From: Glaucostegus cemiculus
Taxonomy: Eukaryota
DNA: 64,000 nucleotides
Reading direction: 5' to 3'
NCBI GenBank assembly: GCA_976551045.1
Contig: CDPCPM010000402.1
Span: 1,116,001-1,180,000 of the forward strand
Shown here: positions 11,659 through 24,604 of the stretch, one piece after another
Layout: each line of letters starts with the position of its first letter
Position numbering within the stretch: the first letter of the stretch is position 1
Translations under genes and position numbers: made by a program
The notes under the pieces: generated by a model
What the model was told of the DNA's origin: nothing
Databases searched by the model: none
The model's input: only the letters and a program-made list of their open reading frames with translations

Positions 11659-12048
11659 TCTCCACCTGAACTGACCATTGCATGATCCTTTCTCCACCTG
11701 AACTGACCATTGCATGATCCTTTCTCCACCTGAACTGACCATTGCATGATCCTTTCTCCACCTGAACTGACCATTGCATGATCCTTTCTCCACCTGAACT
11801 AACCATTGCATGATCCTTTCTCCACCTGAACTGACCATTGCATGATCCTTTCTCCACCTGAACTGACCATTGCATGATCCTTTCTCCACCTGAACTGACC
11901 ATTGCATGATCCTTTCTCCACCTGAACTGACCATTGCATGATCTTTTCTCCACCTGAACTGACCATTGCATGATCCTTTCTCCACCTGAACTGACCATTG
12001 CATGATCTTTTCTCCACCTGAACTGACCATTGCATGATCCTTTCTCCA
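11659..12048. repeat. 32-bp minisatellite, about 12.2 copies (TCTCCACCTGAACTGACCATTGCATGATCCTT)
   Basis: Exact 32-bp period read directly, with only a few substitutions and no spacers. Confidence 0.97.
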
Positions 12049-13199
12049 GTAGGTTTTCTTGTTGTTCAAGCACGGTCAATCCAAAATTCTGAAAAGTTCA
12101 ACATAACTTGGCCACAGTTCAAATCAATCCCTCCACACATACAGCTAGTATTCTGACAGCCTTTTGTTATGACCTTATTAATCTGTGCCACTTTTAACTT
12201 TAGAAGTAAAATGAAGAACATGCCCAATATGCCCATTCTACAGCAAAGCGAGACAGGTCCTTTAGCCTTCCTTACAACTCAATCCTCTGATACCCAGGAT
12301 TGGCAATGTGATTCTCCCTTGCTCAATATCTATGACTTATGTGCGAACTGAAAGATATATCTCAGTATAAGCACTGCTGATTTAGGCTGGCATTCTCTAA
12401 TTCAACAATATAAGTACACTCCCAATAATAAGAATTGGGCATCCTTCCTACCTATTTCATTAGTACACCAGCCCAAAGGGAAACAAGATCTCATTATTGT
12501 TAATCATTTTCCCATCTAGTACTGAGCAGGGACCTGTGGGACATTCCATCTGGAACAGACTGGCTGGCTGTACAATTCACATTGCTGACTTGGCCATAAT
12601 CCAGCAGCCAAGACTTCAGCAATATAAAAGCAGCAGCTCTTCAGCTCGAGCTGAGCCGACACATTCCTCTCCCTTCTATCTTGATTCAAGGATGGCTCAG
12701 ATCCTACTTGCTCTAGGTGGCACTGCAGTCTATGCTAATTCTCCCTGAATTAAGATTCTTCTTAAATTAGCCATACTATTTTAGTGATTTCAATAATCAA
12801 AGCACAGTGCCTTCCGAGTAGTAAAACTATTCAAGATACTTCCTGAGAGCATTAGTGAACAAAACTACATATTAGGCTCTATAACAACACATTAGTAATA
12901 AAAACAAAGAAAGCTGAAAATACTATGCAAATCAGTCCGCATCTGTGGGGAGAGAATCAGAGCTCACATTGCAGGTCAAAGAGCCATTGCCAGGACTGGG
13001 AAGAAGCTCATTTAGCTTCAGAGAGAGGGGATGTCCCTGATAAGGTAAAGCTTAGGTGACCATGGGGATAAACTGTAAACAAGGTTTTCTAGTCAATGGG
13101 TGAACGGGAGCAGTTGGGGAGTGACAACGTAACAAAGAGTTGGGCTGGGAGTGCCACGTCTTTCACTTAGAGAGGAAAACAATGGGGAAATTAACTATT

Positions 13200-13400
13200 A
13201 AAAGTTAACAACATATTAGGACAGGTGGCCAATAGCTCTGGTAAAGAGGTAGATTTTAAGTAGCCCCTTAAAGGAAGGGGCAGGGAGGTTTAGGAAGGGA
13301 GTTTGAGGCTGCAAGGTCCAGGCAGCTACAAGAACAGCTTCAGTGGAGGAGTAGTTAGATTCAGGGACAGGCAACAATCTGGAATTGAGGAAACACAGAG
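13200..13400 (-). mobile_element. L2-like LINE 3' end fragment
   Basis: Minus strand CTTAAAATCTACCTCTTTACCAGAGCTATTGGCCACCTGTCCTAA resembles an L2 3' end; related pieces at about 16000-16450, 19880-20090 and 26190-26330. Confidence 0.5.
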
Positions 13401-13859
13401 ATAATAACGCCAGAATTTTGTTTACACTGGAATTAAACAGACAAGATGTAATCATTACAGTTCCACACTGTGAATCTGAAGCAATTCTCACAGCCACTTT
13501 ATCAGCTCCCTTTACCAAAGGGCTATACCTTCAGTTTGTCTAATACCAATGGCTGAATGAAGTTAATCTGGGGCAGGGCTTAACGATGGTGCAGCACGTG
13601 ACGCATAGAGTATTTTTAGCTTCTATTTAGCCCATCAACCCATTCTGCTACTGAAGTGGTCTGTGGATGGTTAGTCTCACAAATCCATTTACCTCAATAT
13701 CCTTACCCAACAAAGATCCACCATTTTGTTCAGTAAGCTCCAAATGAACACCAGAATTCACAGCATTTTGGATTTGAGATTTACAAAACTGTGAAATACT
13801 GCTTCTCTTTCTCAAAGCTCTGCTCTAGTTGTGAATTTGTGAACAATTAAACTGCTAAT

Positions 13860-14810
13860 GGGAGGTGGTCTCCAAGGACATCCCAATCTTCAACAAAGGC
13901 AGGTGAGAAGACAAGGCGGAAGCATTCGCAATCACTTCAGCCAAAAGTGCTGAGATGATGCATCCACCTTCGTCTTGAGATCACCACATTGCAGAAGCCA
14001 GTCTCCAGCTAATTCAATTCACCCCATGTGATAACAAGAAACAGCTGAGAGAACTGCATACAGCAAAGACCACAGGTCCAGACAACATCCAACTATGGCA
14101 TTGGAGACTTGGGCTCCTGAACTAGCTGCATCTACTGCAAAGCTATTCTAGTACAGTTACAATACAAACATCTATCTGATAACATGGAAATTAGCCCTTT
14201 CCTGCAAAGCAAATCCAATCCAGCTGATCATCACTGAGCCTGCTCAAACATCGACAGTTATGGAAATCATCACGGACAGTGCAATCAAGTGGTGAGTAAC
14301 TGCAAGAACCGAATCACTGGCACTCTGGTTGGGTTTCACCAGGACCACCGGTACCAGGCCAACAGAATACTCTCCACTTCCCTGGATGACGGCAGCATTA
14401 AGCAATTTTCAAGAACCAACCAAGACAAAGTAACCATTTGATTAGCACCCCAAGAACCATCCTGGAAATATATTCCTTCCATCATCAACAGACAATGGCT
14501 AGACTGTGTGCCATCTACTTACTCAAACGCACAGCACTTACTCAACCAGGCTACTCTGAAAGCACTCTCGAACCCACATCTCTACTACCACAAAGGATGA
14601 GGGCAACAGATGCAAGTTATGCAAAAATCACAACTTGGAAATAGATTGCTGGTCTTTCATCGCCCCTGGGTCTAAATCCTAGAACTCCCTCCCCAACAGC
14701 AGTGTAGGTGTACCTTCATCAGAAGGATTGCAGCAATTCACCACCACTTTCCCAACAGAATTAGGGTTGGATAATAAATGCTGGCCTTGCCAGCAATGCC
14801 CGTTTTTAAA
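13860..14810 (+). mobile_element. Old CR1-group LINE fragment (RT start and 3' end)
   Basis: KTTGPDNI-like RT start near 14065; 3' end AACTCCCTCCCCAACAGC...AATAAATGCTGGCCTTGCCAGC, related copies at about 36440-36490 and 63420-63570. Confidence 0.6.
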
Positions 14811-15368
14811 AATGAAATAATTCCTCACTTTCCTATCTCTAATTTGCAGATAGTGCCACATCTGTCTTGGTTCCCCACTAAGGATGTAGTTTCTCTCTAC
14901 TTGCATCATTTTAATATTTTGTATATTCTCGAGTCACAGAGCCCACCATGTCCGAGTTCTGGTTATTCCTGCAGTCTTGTAAATCATGACCTTACGACAC
15001 AGAAAGACAAACAAACTTAATGTAGAAGATACTCTGTATCCAATCTATGCTATTCCTCTTCTGGGAGTGTTTGATGGGATAGCATAGAGGGAGCTTTGCT
15101 GAGCATCTAACCCTTGCTGCCCCTGACCTGGGAGTGGTTGATACAATGCAGAGACAGTTTTATTCTGCATCTAACTCATGCAGTTTCTGTTCATGATTGT
15201 CTCCATGGTGGCATCTCCTAAATATAGCAGGAAGTTTGAAAATGTCAACATATTTTGGAGATTACGTCCATTCATTTTCCTGACAGCTTTAGTCTTGTTA
15301 AGCATAAAAATATAGACAATAAAAATATTCTGCAGGTAATCTTTTATGAATTGTGTAGAGTCAGTTAC

Positions 15369-15422
15369 CTTCTCAAAATTCTTCAAGTGCATGAAACAGA
15401 CTCCCAGATTGTGGCTAATTTC
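15369..15422 (-). CDS. BBS4: BBS4 coding exon (exon 7 equivalent, 54 nt)
   Basis: EISHNLGVCFMHLKNFEK; tttag/GTAAC. Confidence 0.95.
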
Positions 15423-15807
15423 CTAAATGGATGCAAGGGGAACAGGGATAAAATTACACAGAACATCTACAGAATTGAGGGAAATCATTTCATTTACAGT
15501 TTAATAAAATGTGGGGCATATTCCAAACTTCTACCATCCTCTGTGTGTTTCCTAATTTCCCCACACTGCTCTGATTTTTATTTTACCAGCAGAAATTGAT
15601 CCTATCTACTCTATCATTTCCTCTTAAAAATGTTGATAACAATAATCTTAGAAATTCTTAGAAATAAAGCCCTGGTTTAATCACAAGAATGACGTCTATT
15701 CAAATTGCTAACCCAGTCAAATCCAGGTTTGGACTGACACTGCAACATGACAGTTAGGAGTGCTAACTTCTTATATTGTTTAATAAAATTTTACTTGTGT
15801 AACTTAC

Positions 15808-15880
15808 CCAATCCTTTTCATTTAATTTAGCAGCTTCACTGTAAACTTCAATTGCTGCCTTGTGTTTCCCAAGCAAATAC
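15808..15880 (-). CDS. BBS4: BBS4 coding exon (exon 6 equivalent, 73 nt)
   Basis: (L)[24 protein letters not shown]; cttag/GTAAGT. Confidence 0.95.
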
Positions 15881-16596
15881 CTAAGAAGAGTGGACAATAT
15901 TCAGAGTCAACTTCCACTAAGAATGGAAGAAGGCACGTCATGGCCAGCATATTTTTGTGAGATCTCAAACCTGCTTGTTTTTAGTATCAGAGGCAACAGT
16001 TAATGCCAATGGTGACACCAGGGTTGACGGTTGAAGAGAAAAGTGGTAAGGTGAACAGTCTTTGAAGAGTATGTGGTCAAGATGCTGAAGGCTTGAATAA
16101 TGCAGATGCAATGGGGATGGGTGGTGATTATGGAATAAGGAACCAGAGCAATAGACACACAGTGACCTGTGGGAGGTGGCAGAGGCTGGGAAGGAACACC
16201 AAAGCATCTGTATATATAGGTAAGAATTTTCAATTGAACACAATAACAACATACAAAAGGTGACAATTGGGTGAATGGCATATCAGAGGTAAGTTTGTGG
16301 GGTTTTGGGGGATGGGGAGAATTAGTCATGCAGTGTGAGAGGCTGGGTGATGGGGTACCAGGGACAGGCTGCTGCAGTGTAATGAAGAACAGGGTGGCAG
16401 GGAAAGGAACACTGCTATTTATTAGTAGGGTGGAAACTGGGAGGCCAGTGAAGATCATAATTCAAATCAGAAGGCAGCCTGTGGCTCCATAAGCCTGCTC
16501 CATATATACAGAGCTAATACATCCTTCTCTTGGTCTGTAATGGCTGTACATGGATCTGACCTAGTGTGAGCTGTGCATAGACCAATGAAAACTTAC

Positions 16597-16708
16597 AGTG
16601 ATCTAGCCACTTGTTTTAAGTTGTCCACATTCTGCGGGTTCAGGATTGCACAGGTCTGAAAGAGTTCAAAGGATTCTTGAATCTTTCCTTCCAATCGGAA
16701 GATCAGTG
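16597..16708 (-). CDS. BBS4: BBS4 coding exon (exon 5 equivalent, 112 nt)
   Basis: (A)[36 protein letters not shown](L); tttcag/GTAAGT. Confidence 0.95.
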
Positions 16709-17498
16709 CTGAAACAAGAGTCAAGACATCACTTGACAGATTTACACATACCAAGCAGTAATCACAGTGTTTATAAGAGGGATGTAAGCAGATGCCATTA
16801 TTTAATAGATGTTAAAAGACCAGATAGCTATATCTGTTTATTCACAACCAAAGAAAAATCTGACCTTTGAATCAAATTTAAAATAGTCATGGAAATAGTT
16901 CAAACAATCTTCCAGAGTGCTGGCGACATTGCCCATCAACAGTAAATGGCAGCTTAGAGCTGCTCCTCATTATTCTGCAGCGATGATTCACAGCCCAATG
17001 GAAAATTCAATAAATCTGGTCATTTGTGGGCTGGTGTCAGGAAAAAATCCAGTTAAGTGGCTTGGCTATCAGAAATTCACTAATCTCCATCGAGGTAGCT
17101 TAACCACCACTGACAGCCCAGTCCGATCCTCCAGTGACTCCAGTTCATATTATGTAGCTTATTCCTAATACCCTATGAAGTGGCCAAGCACTGGATTACA
17201 AGGCAGACAATCAGTGTGATTTTGTTAGTGTTACTCACATCTGGGAGTAAAGTGAAATCACTCCTCAATCTTGCTACTGAAGGTATTAAAGAACCATCAT
17301 GAAAGATTAACCCACCATCAGCTTTTCACTGCAGCACAAATTTCTCAATGTTCCCTTTCCCCATCCCTCTCCAGCAACCCCACTCCCCAGAAACCCCATC
17401 CCCCGTCACTTCTGCACCTCAAAAAACCATTAACTTTGTGGTTTAAAATTACTCCCAGGCATCCCCAGGATTGCTCTGCAAACTGCATGCTACCTTAC

Positions 17499-17562
17499 CT
17501 TGTACATAGACAGCATATTCACACATCCCCTGAGTCTCCTGCAGTTGTTCTTTGATGATTGC
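17499..17562 (-). CDS. BBS4: BBS4 coding exon (exon 4 equivalent, 64 nt)
   Basis: AIIKEQLQETQGMCEYAVYVQ; ttttttcag/GTAAGG. Confidence 0.95.
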
Positions 17563-17767
17563 CTGAAAAAAAAATTTACAACCATTGATGCTCTCCTGAT
17601 GCAACGACCCACAGCGCATGTCCTCACTACACTGGGAACAAGGCAGAGTCCTTCCACTCATCAACAGCACTGACTCAATAAAGAAACACTTTCCTTGTAT
17701 GGAAGAACATGAGGGCATTCTCAGGAAATATTAACAACTCTTTAAACCTGCCCGATCTTGTCCCAAC

Positions 17768-17970
17768 AAACAATTTGCTGGAGGAACTCAGCGGGTCGAC
17801 ATGTGTAAATGCGTCTGTCTGTGAGTCTGTCTGTGCATGTGCGCGCGCTGGGGAATTCTCCTGACGCAGGATCTCAACCTGAAGTGCCAACATTTCCTCC
17901 ACCTCCATAGATGCTGCTTGACCCACTGACCTCCTCCAGCAGTTTGTGATTCCTGCACCTGCAATCTCGT
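17768..17970. mobile_element. Palindromic Penelope-terminal-derived short element with internal TG-rich tract
   Basis: Inverted arms 17776-17797 and 17920-17941; decayed core CTGACGC-AGGAT..ACCT-GAAG at 17861-17884. Confidence 0.6.
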
Positions 17971-18412
17971 GTCACAATACTCCCCCACCTCGCTGTTCTA
18001 GAGAACCATCACAGTGAACAGATGTGGGACCTTACAGCTCAGAGCAGGAATGGGACATCACACAGTGCTTGTATATCAGGAATGTGATAAAGGAGATTGC
18101 CCACAGAAAGCCAGCTGTGGTTGTGACTGTATTCAGTCCATAATGCCTCAATTCTTACCAATGCCCATCATTGAGAAATGGCAGCATAGTGCTGCTCCTC
18201 ATTAGTTTGCACTTGCCAGAGCCAGATTTTCTGAGAATTACTATAAGGAAACAGAATATATAACCAGCAATTTAGCTCTGAGCAAATCTGACCACAACTT
18301 GTTCTTGGCATCCACAGAAAGCATTCCTCTCGCTAGAAGGTGTGTACATTTTAACTAGTATTTGCTTGTATTTGGAGGAAGAAGGATTCCTCTTAAGTGA
18401 TTCCACACCCAC

Positions 18413-18492
18413 CTTGCAGGTCTCATAGTCCTTCCTAATATAATGCAAATGTATCAGCCAGTTCCTTCTCTCCAAAATGGGAAGTTCTGGTG
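18413..18492 (-). CDS. BBS4: BBS4 coding exon (exon 3 equivalent, 80 nt)
   Basis: (A)[26 protein letters not shown]; tacag/GTGGGT. Confidence 0.95.
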
Positions 18493-18594
18493 CTGTATAG
18501 GAAAGATTAACACAAATCATTCAGAAACCACTGCCATATCATCCATTTCACAGATTTACTGTTATAGTCATTGTCAGCACAACCACCATTTCAG

Positions 18595-19290
18595 AAATCC
18601 AAGTCCATAGATCCCTCAAAGTTGCCGTGCAAGTTCCTAGGATAGTTCAGAAGGTGTATGATGTGCTGGAATTCATTATTTGGGGGAACTGAATTCAAGA
18701 GCCACGAGGTAATGTTGCAGCTCTATAAAACTCTGGTTAGACCATACTTAGAGTACTGTGTTCAGTTCTGGTTGCCTCATTATAGGAAGCATGTGGAAGC
18801 TTTAGAGAGGGTGTAGAGGAGATTTACCTGGATATTGCCTGGATTAGAAAACATGTCGTAGGAAGTAAGGTTGAGTGAGCTTGGGCTTTTCTCTTTGGAG
18901 CAGAGGATGAAAGGCAACTTGATAGAGATGTATAAGGTTATGAGAGGCACAGACAGAGTGGACAGCCAGCACCTTTCTCCCAGGGCAGCAATGGCCAATA
19001 CTAGAGGACATCAGTTTAAGGTGAGTGGAGGGAAGATGTCAGAGGTAGTTTTTTTTTTTACACAGCGAGTGGTGGGCTCCTGGAATGCACTGCCGGGGGT
19101 GGTGGTGAGGCTGATACAATAGGGACATTTAGATGACTCTTGGATAGGCACGTGGATGTAAGGAAAATGAAGGGTTATGGGCTGTGAAGAAGGGAAGGGT
19201 TAGATTGATCATGGGGTAGGTTTATATAGGTCGGCACGACATTGTGGGCTGAAGGGGCTGTACTTTGCTATACCGTCCTAAGTTCTAAAA
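18595..19290 (+). mobile_element. CR1 LINE 3' fragment
   Basis: LYKTLVRPYLEYCVQFW, LGLFSLEQR, FTQRVVGSWNALP motifs and CR1 tail. Confidence 0.85.
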
Positions 19291-19319
19291 CAGAAGTCTA
19301 AGATTAGGAGACTCAATGT

Positions 19320-19620
19320 AACTCAAGTTCAAGTTTATTGTTGTCACAGGCATAGATACACAGGGTATAAATGCCAGGAGAATTAGCTTTTTGCAGCAGC
19401 AGCATAAAACAGGGACACAAGTAAACATAAACTTGAAGTAACATAAATTATACACAACTTACAAGAGCACAAAAATAAACAACAAAATAAATATAACAAC
19501 ACTAGTGCAAGATTGAGAGAAGGAATAAAGAAACACAGTCTGAGAGAACATGAAGGTTTTTCAGGTCAGTTCAAGAACCTGATGGTAGTGGGGAAGAAAC
19601 TGTTGATGAACTTGAGGTGT
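19320..19620 (-). mobile_element. Rex1-like LINE 3'UTR fragment
   Basis: Plus strand AAGTTCAAGTTTATTG...TTCAAGAACCTGATGGTAGTGGGGAAGAAACTGTT is the reverse of a Rex1-type 3' end. Confidence 0.55.
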
Positions 19621-20104
19621 AAACAAAGTACAGACTAAAGATATGCCATTGCAACATAGAAATGATCCTGTACTTTGAGAGAATGACAGCTAGGAGAAAC
19701 CCATAATGCAGCAAGGGAAGGGTAGGCAGCTGTGATGATCAACCATTAAATGAAGGAATACAAGAATGAACAAAAAAAATTGTATCGATAAAAAACTTTC
19801 ATATCTTCCGAACACTCCAAAGTACTTCACAACTATAACGCTTACTTCTAAACCGCAATTATCATTCATTTACATAATTAACACTTTAACATAAAAAAAA
19901 CCTTTCAAGGTGCATCACAAGAGTATTAAATAAAAATTTGTTACGTGCCACACAAGGAGATATTAGGGCAGAAGACCGATAGTGGTCACAGAGGCAAATT
20001 TTAAGCAGCAACAAATGAGTAAAATGACTGAGAGGAGGAGAGAGATAGTGAAAAATTAAGGCCTTAGCAGCAGGAGGTGTAGAAAGCAATTAAATTCACG
20101 GATA

Positions 20105-20655
20105 CACAGGAAGCCAGACAAGTGTGAGGTGATGCATTTTGGGAAGTCAAATTGGGGTACACCATGCACAGTAAATGGTAGAGCATTAAAGCATGTTGAT
20201 GAATAGAGCAACCTAGGGGTCCAAGTCCACAGTTCCTTGAAAGTGGCAACACAGGTCAGTAGGTGAAGAAGGCGTGTGGAATGCTCGCCTTCATAGGTGG
20301 GGGCACAGAATATAAAAGTTGGGATGTTCTCTTGCAACTTTACACCACACTGATTGGGACACTGTGTATAGTTCTTGGCTGCCACACTACAGGAAGGATG
20401 TTGTTGCACTAGGGAGAGTGCAGAGGAGATTCACCAGGATGTTGCCTGGAATGGAAGGCTTTAGTTTTGGTGAGAGACTGGATAGGTTGGGCTTGTTTTC
20501 CCTGCAGCTAAGACAATTGAGGTGTGACCTGACAGAAGTATATAAAATTATCAGAGGCATAGATAGGTAGATATCAAAATCTTTTTCCTATATTAGGAAA
20601 GGACAGCATGGACATTCTGGGCTGAAAGGCCTGTTTCTGTACTGTACGACTCTGT
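20105..20655 (+). mobile_element. CR1 LINE 3' fragment
   Basis: PHYRKDVVALGRVQRRFTRMLPGMEGF...LGLFSL. Confidence 0.85.
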
Positions 20656-21275
20656 CACCCTAACCAGGAGGATGCGTCAATCAGCGAAGGTGATGACAGG
20701 TAAATGGGACTTGATCAAAGTTAGGACAAGGGCAGAAGAGTTTTGGATACTCATGGAGAGTAGAACAAGGGATATAGGCTAGGAATGCAGTGGAATAGTA
20801 AAATCTAGAGGCAACAGAATCATAGCTGAGGATGGAGTCAAGCAATCTCACAGAGGTGGAAACAGACCCTGTGGGATGAGATGGGGCAGGTATATAAATC
20901 TGAAGCTCACCTTGAAGCCCAACATAGCACCATGCCTGCAAACAGTCTGGTTCAGAAGCTTGGAGCAAATGGAATAGAGTTGAATGGCTCTGGTGTTTGC
21001 AATACTTAGCTGGAGCCAAATGCGTCATCCATTAAGTGGGGGGCAGTGGGGGGGCAATTAGGCAGGACTGTTGGTTTTGATCATCAGCTCTCCAGGTGAC
21101 CATCTAGGTAATGGCCACTGAAATGCGAAATGAATTGCCTGTGATGCCCATGATCAAAGGGCCTTCGATACTGATGCTCCATACTCACACTTGAAACACA
21201 TCACATGCCGGAGGTAGCACACAACATACCACCACACTGCCAAGCAAAGTCAGGAGAGTAAGAAAAAAACATCAC

Positions 21276-21330
21276 CTTTTCTTGATCGTGATTTTCGAAG
21301 ATCAGCTGAAGTATCTGAATGTTGAATAAT
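21276..21330 (-). CDS. BBS4: BBS4 coding exon (exon 2 equivalent, 55 nt)
   Basis: IIQHSDTSADLRKSRSRK plus one G; tttctccag/GTGAT; phase 0/1 joins the next exon as GCA (Ala); basic end resembles human KPRQKK. Confidence 0.85.
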
Positions 21331-21825
21331 CTGGAGAAATTGAATTCAGAAATACATTGAGTCAAAGTGCAACTCCCCACGCACTCCCGCCCCCACCCCC
21401 ACCATCAAGTCCACACTGGAAGTACAACCTGATGCTCCGAGGATATTTACCACTTTCCTTTTACCCAATTTGCTCTAATTAATTGGTGCCACACAGTGAC
21501 CACTCCCACAGCAGGATCTGCAGAGGTTAGATACAGAATAAACTTCCATCTACACAATCTTATCAATGTGATTCGACTCTACTCAATCAAAAAAGAAACA
21601 CCCAAAGCATGCTTGTGACTCTTATCACACCCAACAAAAAACATTATTATGTCTGTCGGACAAGTTTGTTGGTGTCAGACAATAGATAGCTGCTCCACGT
21701 CTATAAAGGAAATGGATTGAAACTGTCCAAACTAGACATTCGTCAGGGAAAACATTCACTCTGTAGGTCTGTGGCAAGATTGGTACCAAGCTCTTCCCTT
21801 TTGTGAGTTTTTAAAATGTTTTCTT

Positions 21826-22398
21826 TCTTTTTCAATCTTTTTTATTGATAACAAATCAATACAGGTTAAGATATATAACAACAAAGTTTACACATGTATT
21901 ATAGAAATATCAAGTAACAATTGTAGGTAATCATTAAAAAAAAGCAATAAAGTATGATGTATATAAAAGAAATAGTTCCAACGATCTCTCTGTTCGTAAG
22001 TGTAATGTAAAAGATAGAAAAGAAAAAGATTTGTTATATAATTAGAAAAAAAGCAAAAAAAAAACCTAATCAATTTAAAAAAATCATAATAATATAGAGT
22101 AAATTAAACCAAAAATGAATTAAGAAAAAAGAAAGAAAAACAAAACAAGGAAAAAAAAACTGGGCTAAAATTTTCAATAGAAATAGAACAATATAATGTC
22201 GTCAGCTCCGTTTCTCTGAATTTAAAAAAAGTTATAGAAGGGGAAACTACATTATACGAAAGTATTGAATAAATGGACTCCAAATATCTTCAAATTTAAG
22301 TGAAGAATCAACAGTACCCACTCCTAATTTTTTCCAAATTAAGACATGATATAGTTTGAGAGAACCATTGAAAGGTGGTAGGGGGTATTGGATCCTTC
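21826..22398 (-). mobile_element. L1-type LINE 3' end (ORF2 C-terminus and T-rich 3'UTR with AATAAA)
   Basis: Minus strand encodes KDPIPPTTFQWFSQTISCLNLEKIR...KFEDIWSPFIQYF, resembling fish L1 C-termini. Confidence 0.7.
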
Positions 22399-22435
22399 AA
22401 AATGTTTTAACTACAAACTGTATATACTTAAAAAA

Positions 22436-22990
22436 AAGTATCATGACTGGTTACATCACGGTCTGGTATGACAATTTCAATGCACAGGAACATAAGAAAC
22501 TAGAGAGTAGCGGACTCAGCTCAATACATCACGGGCACATCCCTCCCCACCATCGGGAGTATCTACAGGAGGCGCTGCCTCATGAAGGCAACATCCTTCA
22601 TCAAAGGTACCCACCATCCAGGCCGTGCCCTCTTCTCACAGCTCCCATTGGGCAGGAGGTACAGAAGCCTTAAGTCCCACACCAGCAGGTTCAGGAACAG
22701 CTACTTCCCTTCATCCATTCAGTTTTTGAACCAACCTGCATAATCCTAATTACTACCTCAATATAGCAACACTATGACCACTTTGGTCACTTTGCACAAA
22801 AATGGACCTTGTTTTCTTTTGTTCTAATTGTGTCTGTTCTTGTAGAAATTGTGTACAATTTATGTTTAATTTATATATTTCTTATGAATGCTGCCTACAT
22901 GATGCTGTGCACCTGTGATGCTGCTGCAAGTAAGTTTTTCATTGCGTACGTGTACTTGTGCATATGTCAAACTTAATTTTAACTTTTGCC
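22436..22990 (+). mobile_element. Rex1/Babar LINE 3' fragment
   Basis: SIMTGYITVWY...HKKL, HPGRALFSQLPLGRRYRSL, RFRNSYFP motifs. Confidence 0.75.
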
Positions 22991-23053
22991 TTTGAACCTA
23001 CTAAGAAACATCTATACTGTAACTATTCTTTAAGATTTTTGTTTGTTACTCAC

Positions 23054-23077
23054 AGGCTCTTTCTCCAAATCTGCCAT
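23054..23077 (-). CDS. BBS4: BBS4 start-codon exon (MADLEKEP), probably a 25-nt exon 23054-23078
   Basis: ATG at 23077-23075, 8 codons, then GTGAGT donor; phase 0 matches the next exon; acceptor ctgac..ctctctcacaacag immediately upstream. Confidence 0.72.
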
Positions 23078-24039
23078 TCTGTTGTGAGAGAGCAGTGGTC
23101 AGAAGGACAGATCAAAAGATGCACCAACTTCCACAGAACAAGTATAGTCCGCTCATGGGCTTCCAGTCATTAGAAATGTCCTGTTTATTCAAAAAATACA
23201 TTGACAATGGTAGACTCCATTTCCTGCCCCAGCTTCTCAATACAAGGAATTAGAAGTCATCACACAGGGAAAAAAATCAAACTGAGATTAATTAATCTGG
23301 TTTTAGGTGATGAGGTAAGTGCTCCTGATGTGCTGTTTGCCAGAGACTGTTAGCAAGTTTGAAGCACATGGGACAATGTGCAGTAACATACGTCGATTCG
23401 CCTGTACACCAACCTTTGTTTAGTCCTCTTATGTGGAACACTAGGAGAGGTTTTGTGTAAGATTTAGATTTTTCGATCCATAAACCTCAACTGTTGCTGC
23501 CACAATGCATTGCCACAGGTGTCTATGGAAGTTTTCTTACATCCCTCAACTCAGATATAAACCCATGGCCACCAGGCATAATTTTTCATTCACAATATTT
23601 ACCTAGCATTGTAATCAGTATTTAAATAGCATTTATATTGGCACTCATGGCTACAAATCCATACATCTACAGATTTAACTTTTTTTTTAAAATCAGATAC
23701 GTGAATTATGTTTTACTATTCTTTACGACTGGTGGTATCCAAAAACCTATGTAACACTTTGACTCTAATCACTGGATCCTTTCTGACCAAGAAACTTCCA
23801 AGATAAAATAACAGCACATCATGAAAAAGATAGTCTTAGTCAGAAAGTCTTTCCTAACAATCCACAGCTATTGACAGCTCTATTCAAAGAGCCCACCAGT
23901 CACCAAGAAACGTCACATTAAACTGTGTTGGACTAGCCAGCTGGCCCACACTGGGCAGTAGTACAGGCGATTCCAACAACCTTAGTGTCCATAGTAAAGA
24001 AAGAGAATAAGTCTGCTAGGATTCCAGCAGCTGATCACT

Positions 24040-24360
24040 TCCACAAGGGTCGGACTGTCAATGGGAATAGTTCTAATCGATCTATAGAACCAGCACTGCC
24101 TCAATAACAGGCATTGCCAACATTCCCATTTACATTCCTTCTCTTGTCAAAGTGATCAGTTGCTGGATTCCGAGCTGACCATTCACCTCTCTTCCTACGA
24201 ACATTGATGCTGTTGGAATTAGGTAATCCCCTCAGTCTTCTAAACTCAAAGGAATACAGACCCAGCCTGTAGAGCCTCTCTTGGCAGGACAAACCATCAA
24301 CTCAGGAGCTAGGCTGGTGAATCCCACTGTGCACAGTGTTGCTACATCCTTCCCTAGGTA
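24040..24360 (-). mobile_element. CR1 LINE 3' fragment
   Basis: ERLYRLGLYSFEFRRLRG motif (ORF 24101-24292). Confidence 0.7.
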
Positions 24361-24370
24361 AAGAGACGAG

Positions 24371-24559
24371 CACCCCGAGCAGCCACACCGGGCACCCCGA
24401 GCAGCCACACCGGGCAACCCGCGCAGCCTCACCGGGCAACCCGCGCAGCCTCACCGGGCACCCCGAGCAGCCTCACCGGGCACCCCGAGCAGCCTCACCG
24501 GGCACCCCGAGCAGCCTCACCGGGCACCCCGAGCAGCCTCACCGGGCAACCCGAGCAGC
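24371..24559. repeat. 22-bp GC-rich minisatellite, about 8.6 copies (CACCCCGAGCAGCCTCACCGGG)
   Basis: 22-bp period read directly. Confidence 0.92.
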
Positions 24560-24604
24560 TGGAACACCTCCCTATTCTTAAACTCCAACCTCTACACAGT
24601 AAAG

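Noticed and set aside
11615-12079. CRISPR-like array and three repetitive ORFs
   Set aside because: 32-bp units are contiguous with no spacers, there are no cas genes and the context is a eukaryotic intron; the ORFs are repeat artefacts.
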